Origin: Acidimicrobiales bacterium
Lineage (GTDB): Bacteria > Actinomycetota > Acidimicrobiia > Acidimicrobiales > VFJN01
Reading direction: 5' to 3'
Assembly (NCBI GenBank): GCA_035316325.1
Contig: DATHJB010000033.1
Coordinates: forward strand, 21,510 to 85,509
Length of the DNA stretch: 64,000 nucleotides
Part shown: positions 1-12,064 of the stretch, piece by piece
How positions within the stretch are numbered: position 1 is the stretch's first letter
Layout of the letters: the number at the start of each line of letters is the position of its first letter
Made by a program: the position numbers and the translations under genes
Notes under the pieces: model-generated
What the model was told of the DNA's origin: nothing
The model's input: only the letters and a program-made list of their open reading frames with translations
The model's database searches: none

Positions 1-1620
1 CTCATCGTCGTCGACGAAGCCCATTGCATCAGCGACTGGGGCCACGACTTCCGGCCCGACTACCGCCGGATCGGCCGCGTGCTCGGGATGCTGCCACGCT
101 CCGTCCCGGTCCTCTGCACCACCGCGACCGCCAACGACCGGGTGGTCGCGGACATCGACAGCCAGCTCGGCGGTATGGAGACCATCCGCGGGCCACTCGA
201 CCGGGCGTCGCTCGCCCTGGCCGTCGTGGCGCTGCCGCGGCAGGCCGAGCGGCTCGCGTGGCTGGCCGAGATGGTGCCGCGGCTGCCCGGTGCCGGGATC
301 GTCTACTGCCTCACGGTCGACGACACCGAACGGGTCGCCGGGTGGCTGCGGTCCCGGGGGATCGAGGCGGTCGCCTATCACGGTCAACAGGAAGACGAGC
401 TCCGGGTCACCTCGGAGGAGGACCTCCTGAGCAACGGTGTGAAGGCGCTGGTGGCCACCTCCGCGCTCGGCATGGGCTTCGACAAGCCGGACCTCGGCTT
501 CGTCGTCCACTACCAGAGCCCCGGATCGGCGATCGCCTACTACCAGCAGGTCGGCCGGGCCGGGAGGGCACTCGACCGGGCCGATGCCGTGCTGCTGCTG
601 GGTCACGAGGACCAACGCATCCAGGACCACTTCATCACCACGGCCTTCCCGCCGCAGGCGACGGCTGTCGCGGTCGTCGACCTCCTGGAGCGCAGCGGCG
701 AACCGGTCTCCCCGGTGGAGATCGAGCGCCACGTCAACGTCCGTCACACCGTGCTCGAGAACATGCTCAAGGTCCTCGAGGTCGACGGAGCGGTGGAGCG
801 CGTGCAGGGGCGGTGGCGTCGGACGCTGCAGGAATGGGCCTACGACGACGCCCGCGCCGAGCGGGTCACGGCGCTCCGGCGTCGCGAGCAGGCGGCGATG
901 CAGGACTACGGACTGACCGAGAGGTGCCGGATGGCGTATCTCCGAGAGCAGCTCGACGATCCGCCTTCCGGGCCGTGTGGGCGCTGCGACAACTGCTCCG
1001 GGCGCCGCATGGACCTGACCCTCGACGCTTCGCTGGTGGCTGCCGCGACCGACTACCTGCGCCGGCGGCCGGTCGTCGTGGAGCCACGTCGACGATGGAT
1101 CGCCGGCGGCTCCGATCGCCGTGGGGCCATACCGGCCGACGTGCAGGTGGGCGAGGGGCGCGCCTTGAGCCGGCTCGGCGACGGCGGCTGGGGCGACGTG
1201 GTGCGACGCTCGAAGGACGAGAAGGACCGCTATCCGGACGAGCTGGTCCGGGCGGCTGCTCGGGCTGTGGAGCAGTGGGCGCCGGAGCCTCGGCCGGCAT
1301 GGCTGACCTGTGTCCCGTCCGCATCGGGGCGCGGTGACCTGTGGGACTTCGCCCAGCGGTTGGCCTCCGAGCTCCGCCTGCCGCTCGAAGACGTCGTCCG
1401 GCGCCAACGGCCGTCGCTGCCGCAGAAGGAGATGGCGAACAGTGCGCAGCAGCTGCGCAACGTCAGCGGGGCCTTCGCGCTCGCGGGACCTCCGCCGTCG
1501 GGTCCGGTCCTGCTCCTCGACGACACGGTCGACTCCCGATGGACGCTGACGGTCGTCGGCGTCGCCCTGCGCGAGGCTGGCAGCGGTCCCGTCCACCCGT
1601 TCGTCCTCGCAAAGGCGTGA
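1..1620 (+). CDS. rqlH: RecQ-family SF2 DNA helicase, RqlH-like (5' end cut by window edge), with a C-terminal ComF/phosphoribosyltransferase-like domain
   Basis: Frame 1 is open from nt 1 (LIVVDEAHCISDWGHDFRPDY, the DEAH box) and runs into ORF 79..1620. Helicase motifs TATAN, ATSALGMGFDKPD and YYQQVGRAGR are present. A Zn-finger is seen at CRMAYL...CGRCDNC. The last ~107 aa (nt ~1297-1617) fit the ComF/PRTase pattern (LPQKEM..QQLRNVSGAF ... VLLLDDTVDSRWT). Confidence 0.85.
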   Translation, partial: LIVVDEAHCISDWGHDFRPDYRRIGRVLGMLPRSVPVLCTTATANDRVVADIDSQLGGMETIRGPLDRASLALAVVALPRQAERLAWLAEMVPRLPGAGIVYCLTVDDTERVAGWLRSRGIEAVAYHGQQEDELRVTSEEDLLSNGVKALVATSALGMGFDKPDLGFVVHYQSPGSAIAYYQQVGRAGRALDRADAVLLLGHEDQRIQDHFITTAFPPQATAVAVVDLLERSGEPVSPVEIERHVNVRHTVLENMLKVLEVDGAVERVQGRWRRTLQEWAYDDARAERVTALRRREQAAMQDYGLTERCRMAYLREQLDDPPSGPCGRCDNCSGRRMDLTLDASLVAAATDYLRRRPVVVEPRRRWIAGGSDRRGAIPADVQVGEGRALSRLGDGGWGDVVRRSKDEKDRYPDELVRAAARAVEQWAPEPRPAWLTCVPSASGRGDLWDFAQRLASELRLPLEDVVRRQRPSLPQKEMANSAQQLRNVSGAFALAGPPPSGPVLLLDDTVDSRWTLTVVGVALREAGSGPVHPFVLAKA

Positions 1621-1629
1621 ACACCCGAG

Positions 1630-2577
1630 ATGCCCCCGCGCTCCGATGGTTCGCTGGCGGCGCTGTTGCTGGTCCAGCGGCTGGTCGAGGTCGATGCCCG
1701 GCCTCTCAAGGCGTCGGAGTACTGGTCGCTGCTCGAACGCTTCCCTGATCCGGCGCGCTTGCTGGGCCTCGACGCCGCCGCGATCGCCGAGGTGGGCGGC
1801 ATCGGTGCCGACGAGGCAGAACGGATCGCCCGGCTGTTGGAGGCCGCCCCGGGGTTCGCCTTCCAGATGGACGACCTGCAACAGGGCGGCATCAGGCTGG
1901 TCGCCTCGGTCGATCCCGACTACCCCGCTCACCTGCGCGAACGCCTCGGCACGACGGCACCACCCGTCCTCCACGTCGCTGGCGACATCGCCCTTGCCGA
2001 CCGGCAGCTGCTCGGTGTCGTCGGCTCGCGCGACGTGAGCCCGGCCGGCGCCGAGGTCGTCGTCCGCGCCGTCGGCCAGGCCGCGCTGCATGACACGGGC
2101 GTCGTCGCCGGAGGCGCCGAGGGGGTCGACCAGATCGCCATGCAGGCTGCCCTCGGAGCGGGAGCTGCGGTCGTCGGTGTCCTCGCCGACTCGCTTCTCC
2201 GGGCGACCCGCGATCCCGACGTGCGGCGGGCGATCTCGTCGGGCCGGATGTGCCTGTGCACGCCCTACAAGCCGACCGCCGGCTTCACGGTGGCCAGCGC
2301 CATGGGCCGCAACAAGGTCGTCTACGCCCTCTCCGCCGCGACGTTCGTCGTCGCGGCCGACGCCGAACGTGGTGGCACATGGGCGGGTGCCGTCGAGGCC
2401 TTGCGCCACGGTTCAGCACCGGTCCTCGTCTGGACCGGCCCGGGCAGCGCCGCCGGCAACGCGCAACTCGTCACCCACGGCGCCCACCCCGTCAGCACCA
2501 CCGAGGCCCTCTTCCCCCTCCCGAACCCCGAGGACCGCCCCACTCCCTCACCGACCCAACTCGGCCTCGGCCTCTGA
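1630..2577 (+). CDS. DprA/Smf-like (SLOG-fold) DNA-processing protein paralog
   Basis: ORF 1630..2577 starts 9 nt after the helicase stop. Motifs LLGVVGSRDVS, GGAEGVDQIA, GRNKVVYALS and ERGGTWAGA follow the DprA Rossmann core. The N-terminal region looks HhH/SAM-like. Confidence 0.72.
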   Translation: MPPRSDGSLAALLLVQRLVEVDARPLKASEYWSLLERFPDPARLLGLDAAAIAEVGGIGADEAERIARLLEAAPGFAFQMDDLQQGGIRLVASVDPDYPAHLRERLGTTAPPVLHVAGDIALADRQLLGVVGSRDVSPAGAEVVVRAVGQAALHDTGVVAGGAEGVDQIAMQAALGAGAAVVGVLADSLLRATRDPDVRRAISSGRMCLCTPYKPTAGFTVASAMGRNKVVYALSAATFVVAADAERGGTWAGAVEALRHGSAPVLVWTGPGSAAGNAQLVTHGAHPVSTTEALFPLPNPEDRPTPSPTQLGLGL

Positions 2578-2646
2578 GACCGGATCGCCGGGATTGGTCG
2601 GGGCTTCCGGGCCTTGACTGTTACAGGGGGTCGGGATGATGGGGGC

Positions 2647-3624
2647 ATGTTCGAGATTCCTCGTGAGGTCATGGCTGCCCAGCACGCACTCGTCACCAGC
2701 GGGCAACTCCGGGAGGCGGGGTTCGACCACGAGGGCGAGCAGTGGCTCGTCCGCAACGGTCAGTTGGCGCCCGTCTCTCCCCGGGTCCTCCGGCTGCTCG
2801 GGGCGCCGCAGACTGAGGCGCAGCGGGTGTTGGCCGCGGTCCTCGACGCCGGGCCGGGCTCGGCTCTGTCCCACACGTCGGCGCTCGCCTGGTGGAGGCT
2901 GCCCGGGTTCACGCGGTGCGAGCTCCACGTCACCCGCACCGACGACGGGCGGCGTCGGTCCCGTCGCCTGGCTCTGGTCCACGACGCCGTGCCGTTGCCC
3001 GACCACCACGTCCGAGTCCTCGACGGCATCCCCGTGGTCAGCCCGGCCCGGGCCCTGTTCGACCTGGCGGGCATGCCGCGGATGCCGCGACAACGGATCG
3101 AGCGAGCGGTCGACAACGCCTGGAGCCTCCGGCTCGTCTCGGGCGCCACCCTCCACGCCATGTTGCGGGAGCTGACACGACGAAGACGCCCCGGCATCGC
3201 CACGATGCGCGACATCCTGCGGGTGCGCGGGCCCGACTACGTGCCGCCGGCCAGCGGGCTGGAGGGCCGGGTCGCGCAGATCCTCAAGGGCCGGTGGCGG
3301 ACGGAGCTGCGGCGCCAGGTGGACGTCGGCAGCGACGAGAGCTGGATCGGTCGCGTCGACTTCGCCGACCCGGAGCTCCCGTTCCTCCTCGAGGTGCAGA
3401 GCGAGCGCTTCCATGCCAGCCTGCTCGACCGGCAGGCCGACGCCGACCGTCGAACCCGGCTGGAAGCCGCCGGCTTCGTCGTCGTGAGGGTGTCCGAGAC
3501 GGACGTGTGGCACTACCCCGACGAGGTCGTCGAGCAGGTCCGCGCCGGGCGCAACGAGGCCCACCTCCGCGTCCTCCGGGGCGTCGTCGCCCCGAGCGCC
3601 GAGCTGGTCGGAGCTACTCGGTGA
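2647..3624 (+). CDS. DUF559 (Vsr-like endonuclease fold) protein with AbiEi_4-like N-terminal region
   Basis: ORF 2614..3624; the ATG at 2647 (MFEIPREVMAAQHALVTSGQL) is the likely start. The C-terminal VDFADPELPFLLEVQSERFH...AAGFVVVRVSETDVW is a typical DUF559 signature. Confidence 0.7.
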   Translation: MFEIPREVMAAQHALVTSGQLREAGFDHEGEQWLVRNGQLAPVSPRVLRLLGAPQTEAQRVLAAVLDAGPGSALSHTSALAWWRLPGFTRCELHVTRTDDGRRRSRRLALVHDAVPLPDHHVRVLDGIPVVSPARALFDLAGMPRMPRQRIERAVDNAWSLRLVSGATLHAMLRELTRRRRPGIATMRDILRVRGPDYVPPASGLEGRVAQILKGRWRTELRRQVDVGSDESWIGRVDFADPELPFLLEVQSERFHASLLDRQADADRRTRLEAAGFVVVRVSETDVWHYPDEVVEQVRAGRNEAHLRVLRGVVAPSAELVGATR

Positions 3625-4720
3625 GTTGGGCCGCGCGGCAGCCGGCCGGAGCGGAGAGAAGGTTGCAGCGGGCGGAGCCGCCGCCCGGCAGCGTCACCAC
3701 ATAGGAGGTGAAGCGAGGATCGGCGACCACGTAGTCGGTGGAGACGAGGTGAGCGGCGCTGGCCAAGGCGGCGTCGCGCATCGAGGTGTCGCCCGTCCGG
3801 GCCTGCACGGTGTCGGCGTCGGCCCGGGTACGGACGAGGTAGCCGTCGGCCACCAACGACTGGATCCCGGCCGTGTCGAACGGGTCGTTCATCACGACGA
3901 CGGCAGCTTCGGGGTCGGGCGGAGCGGCCGCGGCGAAGATCAGCCGGTCGCGCACCTGCGGTCGCAACGCCCGGTACAGCGCTCGCTCGGCGCCGGTGTC
4001 GTCGAGCGTGAACATCACGCGGCCCCGGGCGTCCGACAGCGTCGGCCACTGGTCGGCGAGCACCGCCTCACGCAGCGTGGCCTTGTCGCCGAGCACATCG
4101 GCCGGCCGGATCAGGCGCGACGCCGGGAACACCGAGGCGATCTCCGCCTCCAGGGTGCCGAACGCCGGAGTCGTCCACGGCAGCGGGTCGACGAAGCCGA
4201 GGCCCACCGGGTCGCCGATCGAGTCGTCCTTGGGCTCGAGCTGGATGACGATCGGCAGGTGGTCCGGGTGGGCGTCCGACCAGGCCTTCACCTCTTGCAG
4301 GCACGACACGAACGTCGGGCACGACGAGCGGAAGTCCACCTCCTGGACATGGAACACCTTGAGCCCCGGCTGGCTCATGCGCGGGTCGACCGGTGCCAGC
4401 CCCAGCAACGGCACCAACTTGGGCGAGGCGTAGTGGCCGCCCGCCGGTGAGTCGACGAACACGTCGAGCTCGATCGACCGCACGCCGTGGTCCAGCTCCG
4501 ACGCCAGCGGCAGGTGCGTGTACTCGAACCCGTTCGCCTGGTCGCCGATCACCCCTCGCAGGGCGCTCATCAGCGCCGGCTCCGGCTCGACGTGGTAGCT
4601 GTTGTGGCTCGCCAGGACCTGGATGTCGTTGAGCCGCAGCTCGGGACAATCGAGGTCGCCGGGCGCACAACAGGCGCCGACGAGCAGAGGTAACGACAGC
4701 ATTGCCCCCCGGTAACGCAT
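3614..4720 (-). CDS. Ca2+-dependent phosphoinositide phospholipase C-like secreted protein
   Basis: ORF 3614..4798, with likely start at MRYRGAMLSLPLLVGACC (signal-like). LRLNDIQVLASHNSYH and IELDVF match the PI-PLC X-box-like catalytic pattern (PI-PLC-C1 type). Confidence 0.68.
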   Translation of the reverse strand: MRYRGAMLSLPLLVGACCAPGDLDCPELRLNDIQVLASHNSYHVEPEPALMSALRGVIGDQANGFEYTHLPLASELDHGVRSIELDVFVDSPAGGHYASPKLVPLLGLAPVDPRMSQPGLKVFHVQEVDFRSSCPTFVSCLQEVKAWSDAHPDHLPIVIQLEPKDDSIGDPVGLGFVDPLPWTTPAFGTLEAEIASVFPASRLIRPADVLGDKATLREAVLADQWPTLSDARGRVMFTLDDTGAERALYRALRPQVRDRLIFAAAAPPDPEAAVVVMNDPFDTAGIQSLVADGYLVRTRADADTVQARTGDTSMRDAALASAAHLVSTDYVVADPRFTSYVVTLPGGGSARCNLLSAPAGCRAAQLTE

Positions 4721-4796
4721 GGGGTCAGCATGCTCGAACTCAGCGGCCCGTGCCCTTTTTTCGATAACCAGCCTTCCCAACGGGAATACTGACGGC

Positions 4797-5675
4797 ATGC
4801 CTCGCGCAATTTGGAGCGGTGCGGTCAGCTTCGGGCTCGTCTCGATCCCGGTGAAGCTCTACAACGCCGTGTCACGCAAGAGCGTGTCGTTCAACCAGAT
4901 CGACAGCCGCACGGGTGCGCGCATCCGCTACAAGAAGGTGTCCGACGCCGACGGCGAAGAGGTGCCGTCGGAGGCCATCGTCAAGGGCTACCAGCTCTCC
5001 AGCGGCGACTACGTGCTCCTCGACGACGCCGAGCTGGGGTCGCTCGACCCCGAGGCCAGCCGCACCGTCGAGATCGAGCAGTTCGTCGACCTCACCGAGA
5101 TCGACCCGATCTTCTACGACGCCGCCTACTACGCCGCCCCCGACAAGGCCGCCCGCAAGCCCTACGCCCTGCTGGTGCAGGCCATGGAGGAGCAGCAGCG
5201 GGTGGCGATCGCCCGGTTCGTGATGCGGTCGAAGCAGTACCTGGCGGTGCTGCGGGCCGACGACGGCGTGCTGGTGCTGTCGACGATGGTCTACGCCGAC
5301 GAGGTGAACGACCCGGCCGAGCTGGCAGAGCTCGACGGCGTCGAGGACGCCGACGTGTCCGAGCGGGAGCTCACGATGGCCCGCCAGCTGGTCGACTCGC
5401 TCACCGAGCCGTTCGACGCCGACCGCTTCAAGGACGACTACCGCATCCGGGTGCACGACCTCATCGAACGCAAGGCCGCCGGCGAAGAGCTGGTCGCCCC
5501 ACCCGCCGCCGCCACCGAGGAGAAGCTCGTCGACCTCATGGCGGCGCTCGAGGAGAGTGTCCGCGATGCGAAGGAGGCCCGCGGGCGCCACCCTACGGCC
5601 AAGCCGCCGGCTGAGGCGGCGAAGGCCCGCAAGAAGGCGGACGAGAAGGCTCCCGCCAAGCGCAAGTCGGCCTAG
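4797..5675 (+). CDS. ku: Ku, non-homologous end-joining DNA end-binding protein
   Basis: MPRAIWSGAVSFGLVSIPVKLYNA...SFNQI is the canonical bacterial Ku N-terminus. The C-terminal tail is Lys/Ala-rich. Confidence 0.93.
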   Translation: MPRAIWSGAVSFGLVSIPVKLYNAVSRKSVSFNQIDSRTGARIRYKKVSDADGEEVPSEAIVKGYQLSSGDYVLLDDAELGSLDPEASRTVEIEQFVDLTEIDPIFYDAAYYAAPDKAARKPYALLVQAMEEQQRVAIARFVMRSKQYLAVLRADDGVLVLSTMVYADEVNDPAELAELDGVEDADVSERELTMARQLVDSLTEPFDADRFKDDYRIRVHDLIERKAAGEELVAPPAAATEEKLVDLMAALEESVRDAKEARGRHPTAKPPAEAAKARKKADEKAPAKRKSA

Positions 5676-5690
5676 GCGTCTCTCTCCGGC

Positions 5691-6584
5691 ATGCCGATGG
5701 TCGAGGTTGAGGGGCGGCGCCTCAAGCTGTCGAACCTCGACAAGGTCCTCTATCCCGAGACGGGGACCACGAAGGCCGAGGTCATCGACTACTACGCCCG
5801 CGTCGCTCCCGTGATGGTGCCGCACGTGCGGAACCGGGGGGTCACGCTGCGGCGCTTCCCCGACGGCGTCGAGGGCAACTCGTTCTTCGAGAAGCGCTGC
5901 CCGTCGCACCGGCCCGACTGGCTGTCGACGGTCCTCGGCCCGGGCGACCGGCGGGGCGGCATCGACTACTGCTGCCTCGACTCGACGCCCGCCCTGGTGT
6001 GGGCCGCCAACATGGCAGGCCTGGAGATCCACGCCCCCATGGCCTACGGCGACGACATCGACTCACCGGCGATCTGCGTGTTCGACCTCGACCCGGGCGC
6101 CCCCGCCGCCATCCGGGAGTGCGCGGAGGTGGCCCTCGACATCCGCCACGCCCTCGACGGCCTCGGCCTGGAGGCGTTCCCCAAGACGTCGGGGTCGAAG
6201 GGCATGCAGGTCTACGTGCCGCTGAACTCGCCCCACACCCACGAGCAGTGCAGCGCCTTCGCCCAGGCGATCGCCCAGCTGCTGGAGCGGGCGGCGCCCG
6301 ATGCGGTCACCTCGACCATGGCCAAGGCCGTCCGGCCCGGCAAGATCTTCGTCGACTGGAGCCAGAACAGCCGGCACAAGACGACCGTGGCCGTCTACTC
6401 GCTCCGGGCCCGCCCGCAGCCCACGGTGTCGACACCGTTGAGCTGGGACGAGGTCGAGGCCGGATCGTCGGGCAAGGACCCACTGGTGTTCCTGATGGCC
6501 GACGTCCTCGCCCGTGTCGACGCCCACGGCGACCTCTTCGCCCCCGTCGCCACGATGGAACAGCACCTCCCCAAGATCGCCTGA
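5691..6584 (+). CDS. ligD: Stand-alone LigD polymerase/primase (PolDom) domain protein
   Basis: VEVEGRRLKLSNLDKVLYPETGTTKAEVIDYY...LRRFPDG...FFEKR and KIFVDWSQN match the LigD Pol domain. No ligase or PE domain is present in this ORF. Confidence 0.9.
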   Translation: MPMVEVEGRRLKLSNLDKVLYPETGTTKAEVIDYYARVAPVMVPHVRNRGVTLRRFPDGVEGNSFFEKRCPSHRPDWLSTVLGPGDRRGGIDYCCLDSTPALVWAANMAGLEIHAPMAYGDDIDSPAICVFDLDPGAPAAIRECAEVALDIRHALDGLGLEAFPKTSGSKGMQVYVPLNSPHTHEQCSAFAQAIAQLLERAAPDAVTSTMAKAVRPGKIFVDWSQNSRHKTTVAVYSLRARPQPTVSTPLSWDEVEAGSSGKDPLVFLMADVLARVDAHGDLFAPVATMEQHLPKIA

Positions 6585-6600
6585 CCGCCGGCGGGGGTCC

Positions 6601-7290
6601 TCAGCCGGGGGCGAAGGCGGCGGGAGGCGTCGGGGTCGACGCGGCGGCGGTGGCGAAGAGCGCGTCGATCTGGGCGGGGGTCAGCTCGCCGGTGACGCGT
6701 TGGACCACCTTGCCGTCGGCGTCGAGGGCGACCCAGAAGGGGAACGCCGAGAGCCCGTAGGCGGAGGCGGCGTGGTTGTCGCCGTCGGCGATCACCGGGG
6801 ATGTCCACCCCTCGTCGTCGAGCCAGTCGGAGGTCGGGTAGTTGGGCCGGGTCTGGTCCATCGCCGTGGCGACCGTCCGCAGGTCGACGCCCGAGGGCTT
6901 GCGCCCGGCCTCGAGCCACTGCTGCACCACCGGCACCTCGGCCTGGCAGTGCGGGCACCAGTGGGCCACGAAGAGGACGACGGTCGGCCGCCCCGCGGTG
7001 GGGAGGGCCACGTCGTTGCCCTCGAGGTCCTCGCCGAGCAGCGTGGGGGCGAGCCGCCCGACGGCGGGATCGGTGCCAGCGTCCTCGGGCAGCTCGGCCA
7101 GGCGCCTCCCCTCCACCGTGGCGAGGGCCGAGTCGAACTCGGTGTCCACCGCGTCCTCGCCCCGGAGCAACGACACCAGCAGAGCCAGCAGCGCGGCGGC
7201 GATGACGGCGCCGATGGCGATCACCGGCAGCGTGGTGGCGCGGGTGTGGCCGTCGTCGCCGGTCAGCAGGGTCGGGTTGCTCAGGCTCAC
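6601..7290 (-). CDS. TlpA/ResA-like membrane-anchored thiol-disulfide oxidoreductase
   Basis: WCPHCQ active site and an N-terminal TM helix (LPVIAIGAVIAAALLALLV). The GTG start at 7290 forms a GTGA overlap with the upstream small ORF. The ORF track's longer start at 7443 has an Arg/Pro-rich, non-coding-looking N-terminus. Confidence 0.75.
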   Translation of the reverse strand: MSLSNPTLLTGDDGHTRATTLPVIAIGAVIAAALLALLVSLLRGEDAVDTEFDSALATVEGRRLAELPEDAGTDPAVGRLAPTLLGEDLEGNDVALPTAGRPTVVLFVAHWCPHCQAEVPVVQQWLEAGRKPSGVDLRTVATAMDQTRPNYPTSDWLDDEGWTSPVIADGDNHAASAYGLSAFPFWVALDADGKVVQRVTGELTPAQIDALFATAAASTPTPPAAFAPG

Positions 7291-7556
7291 GGACGGGGCT
7301 CCAGGGCAGTGATGGTACGGATCGAACGGATCGGACGGGCAGGGATCAGCAGGGCCAGGATCGGGCCGCAGCCGCTGAGCGCGCGGCACACCGCGGCAAC
7401 CCCGCCGCCCTCGTCGACCTGCGGTCGGACGACGCCAGCCCACGCCTCCCGCGACCGGGCCCTGACCGCGCGGGTGGTGGCGACGCCGGCGATCGCGGGC
7501 GCGGCGACGAGGGTCAGGACGGTGAGGAACGAGAGGGCGGTAGCGGTCGAATCCAT
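7287..7556 (-). CDS. Small hypothetical membrane protein (89 aa), translationally coupled to the TlpA-like gene
   Basis: ORF 7287..7556 has high GC3 codon usage, two hydrophobic segments and a CRALSGC motif. Its stop overlaps the downstream GTG start (GTGA). Confidence 0.4.
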   Translation of the reverse strand: MDSTATALSFLTVLTLVAAPAIAGVATTRAVRARSREAWAGVVRPQVDEGGGVAAVCRALSGCGPILALLIPARPIRSIRTITALEPRP

Positions 7557-7634
7557 GTGGGCCCCAGCCCGCCGTCCGTGAGGTTAGTGGCGCACCTCCA
7601 GCGAGCCGCGCACCCGTGAGGTAGAACGGAGCGG

Positions 7635-8480
7635 ATGGCGCGATCGGGTTGGGTTGCGGTGGCGATCACGGCGTTGCTGGTGGCAGCGCTGGGGAGCCAG
7701 CCGGCGATCGATCAGGCCGTGGACGCCGACGCCCAGATCCGGCCGTTCCTCTCGTCGCTCACCACCTTCCCCGCCTGGTCGACCAACACGTTCGGTGGCG
7801 GGGGCGACATGGTCGGGCCGATCGTGTCGAAGGTCGTGCTGCTGCTCGTGGTGGTGTTCATCGGCGCGGGCATCTCCGGACAGGTCGGGTCGGCGCCCGC
7901 GTCGTTCCTGGCCGGCTGGGGCACGGTGATGGTCGGGGCGGCGCTGGCCGGCGGCGTGTTCCTGGCGGCGGCCGACGCATTCGCCCTCGACGGCACCCTC
8001 GCCGACTCGGTCGGCGGTGCCCTGCCCCTGGTGGTGCGCGGCTTCAACGACGGCGTGCAGTTCGGGCTGTACACCGGCTGGCTGGTGGGCCTCGGCATGG
8101 TGGTGACGGCGCGCCGCCTCCGGCCCGATCCCGACTGGATCGCCCCCACCGCCGGCCCCCCGGGCGTCCCCGCGGTCACCGGCGTCCCCGGTGGTCACAC
8201 TCCTCCCGGCTCCGCTCCCGGGTACCCGACGGTCTACCCGCCGTTGCCGTCGGGCGCCGACTGGTCGGGCCCGCTCACGCAGCCCGTGGCACGGCCGCAG
8301 TCGACGAAGGACCTGGTCGACAGCGGTTTCCCGTCCGACGGCGACTCACCCGGTCCGCCGACCCGGCCCGTGTGGCCCAGCCAGTTCCCCGGTGCGACGC
8401 CCGGCGGCGCCTACACGCGCGGCGACGAGGAGGAGGCCCCGCGCCCCAACTGGACCCGCTGGTCCGACCGCAGCGACTGA
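7635..8480 (+). CDS. Hypothetical integral membrane protein with Pro-rich C-terminal tail
   Basis: ORF 7635..8480 has several predicted TM segments (VVLLLVVVFIGAGI, VMVGAALAGGVFLAAA, YTGWLVGLGMVV). No recognisable catalytic motif. Confidence 0.6.
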   Translation: MARSGWVAVAITALLVAALGSQPAIDQAVDADAQIRPFLSSLTTFPAWSTNTFGGGGDMVGPIVSKVVLLLVVVFIGAGISGQVGSAPASFLAGWGTVMVGAALAGGVFLAAADAFALDGTLADSVGGALPLVVRGFNDGVQFGLYTGWLVGLGMVVTARRLRPDPDWIAPTAGPPGVPAVTGVPGGHTPPGSAPGYPTVYPPLPSGADWSGPLTQPVARPQSTKDLVDSGFPSDGDSPGPPTRPVWPSQFPGATPGGAYTRGDEEEAPRPNWTRWSDRSD

Positions 8481-8493
8481 GGGGAACACCCCC

Positions 8494-8548
8494 CCCGAAA
8501 CCTCGACAGAACTGGTCGCCAGAGGACCATCGGTGTCGAAGTTTCGGG
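8494..8548. repeat. REP-like ~55-bp palindromic intergenic element, copy 1 (probable bidirectional terminator hairpin)
   Basis: CCCGAAACCTCGACA...TGTCGAAGTTTCGGG arms pair 14/15. It lies between the convergent membrane-protein gene and metH. The same element occurs at 13110, 15229 and 54017. Confidence 0.8.
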
Positions 8549-8566
8549 TCGGGTCGGGTCGGGGCG

Positions 8567-12064
<3,498 letters not shown>

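Noticed and set aside
6585-6594. Perfect 10-bp palindrome CCGCCGGCGG between the convergent LigD-Pol and TlpA-like genes, considered as a terminator.
   Set aside because: It has no loop and can form at most a 3-bp stem around CCGG, which is too weak to call a terminator.
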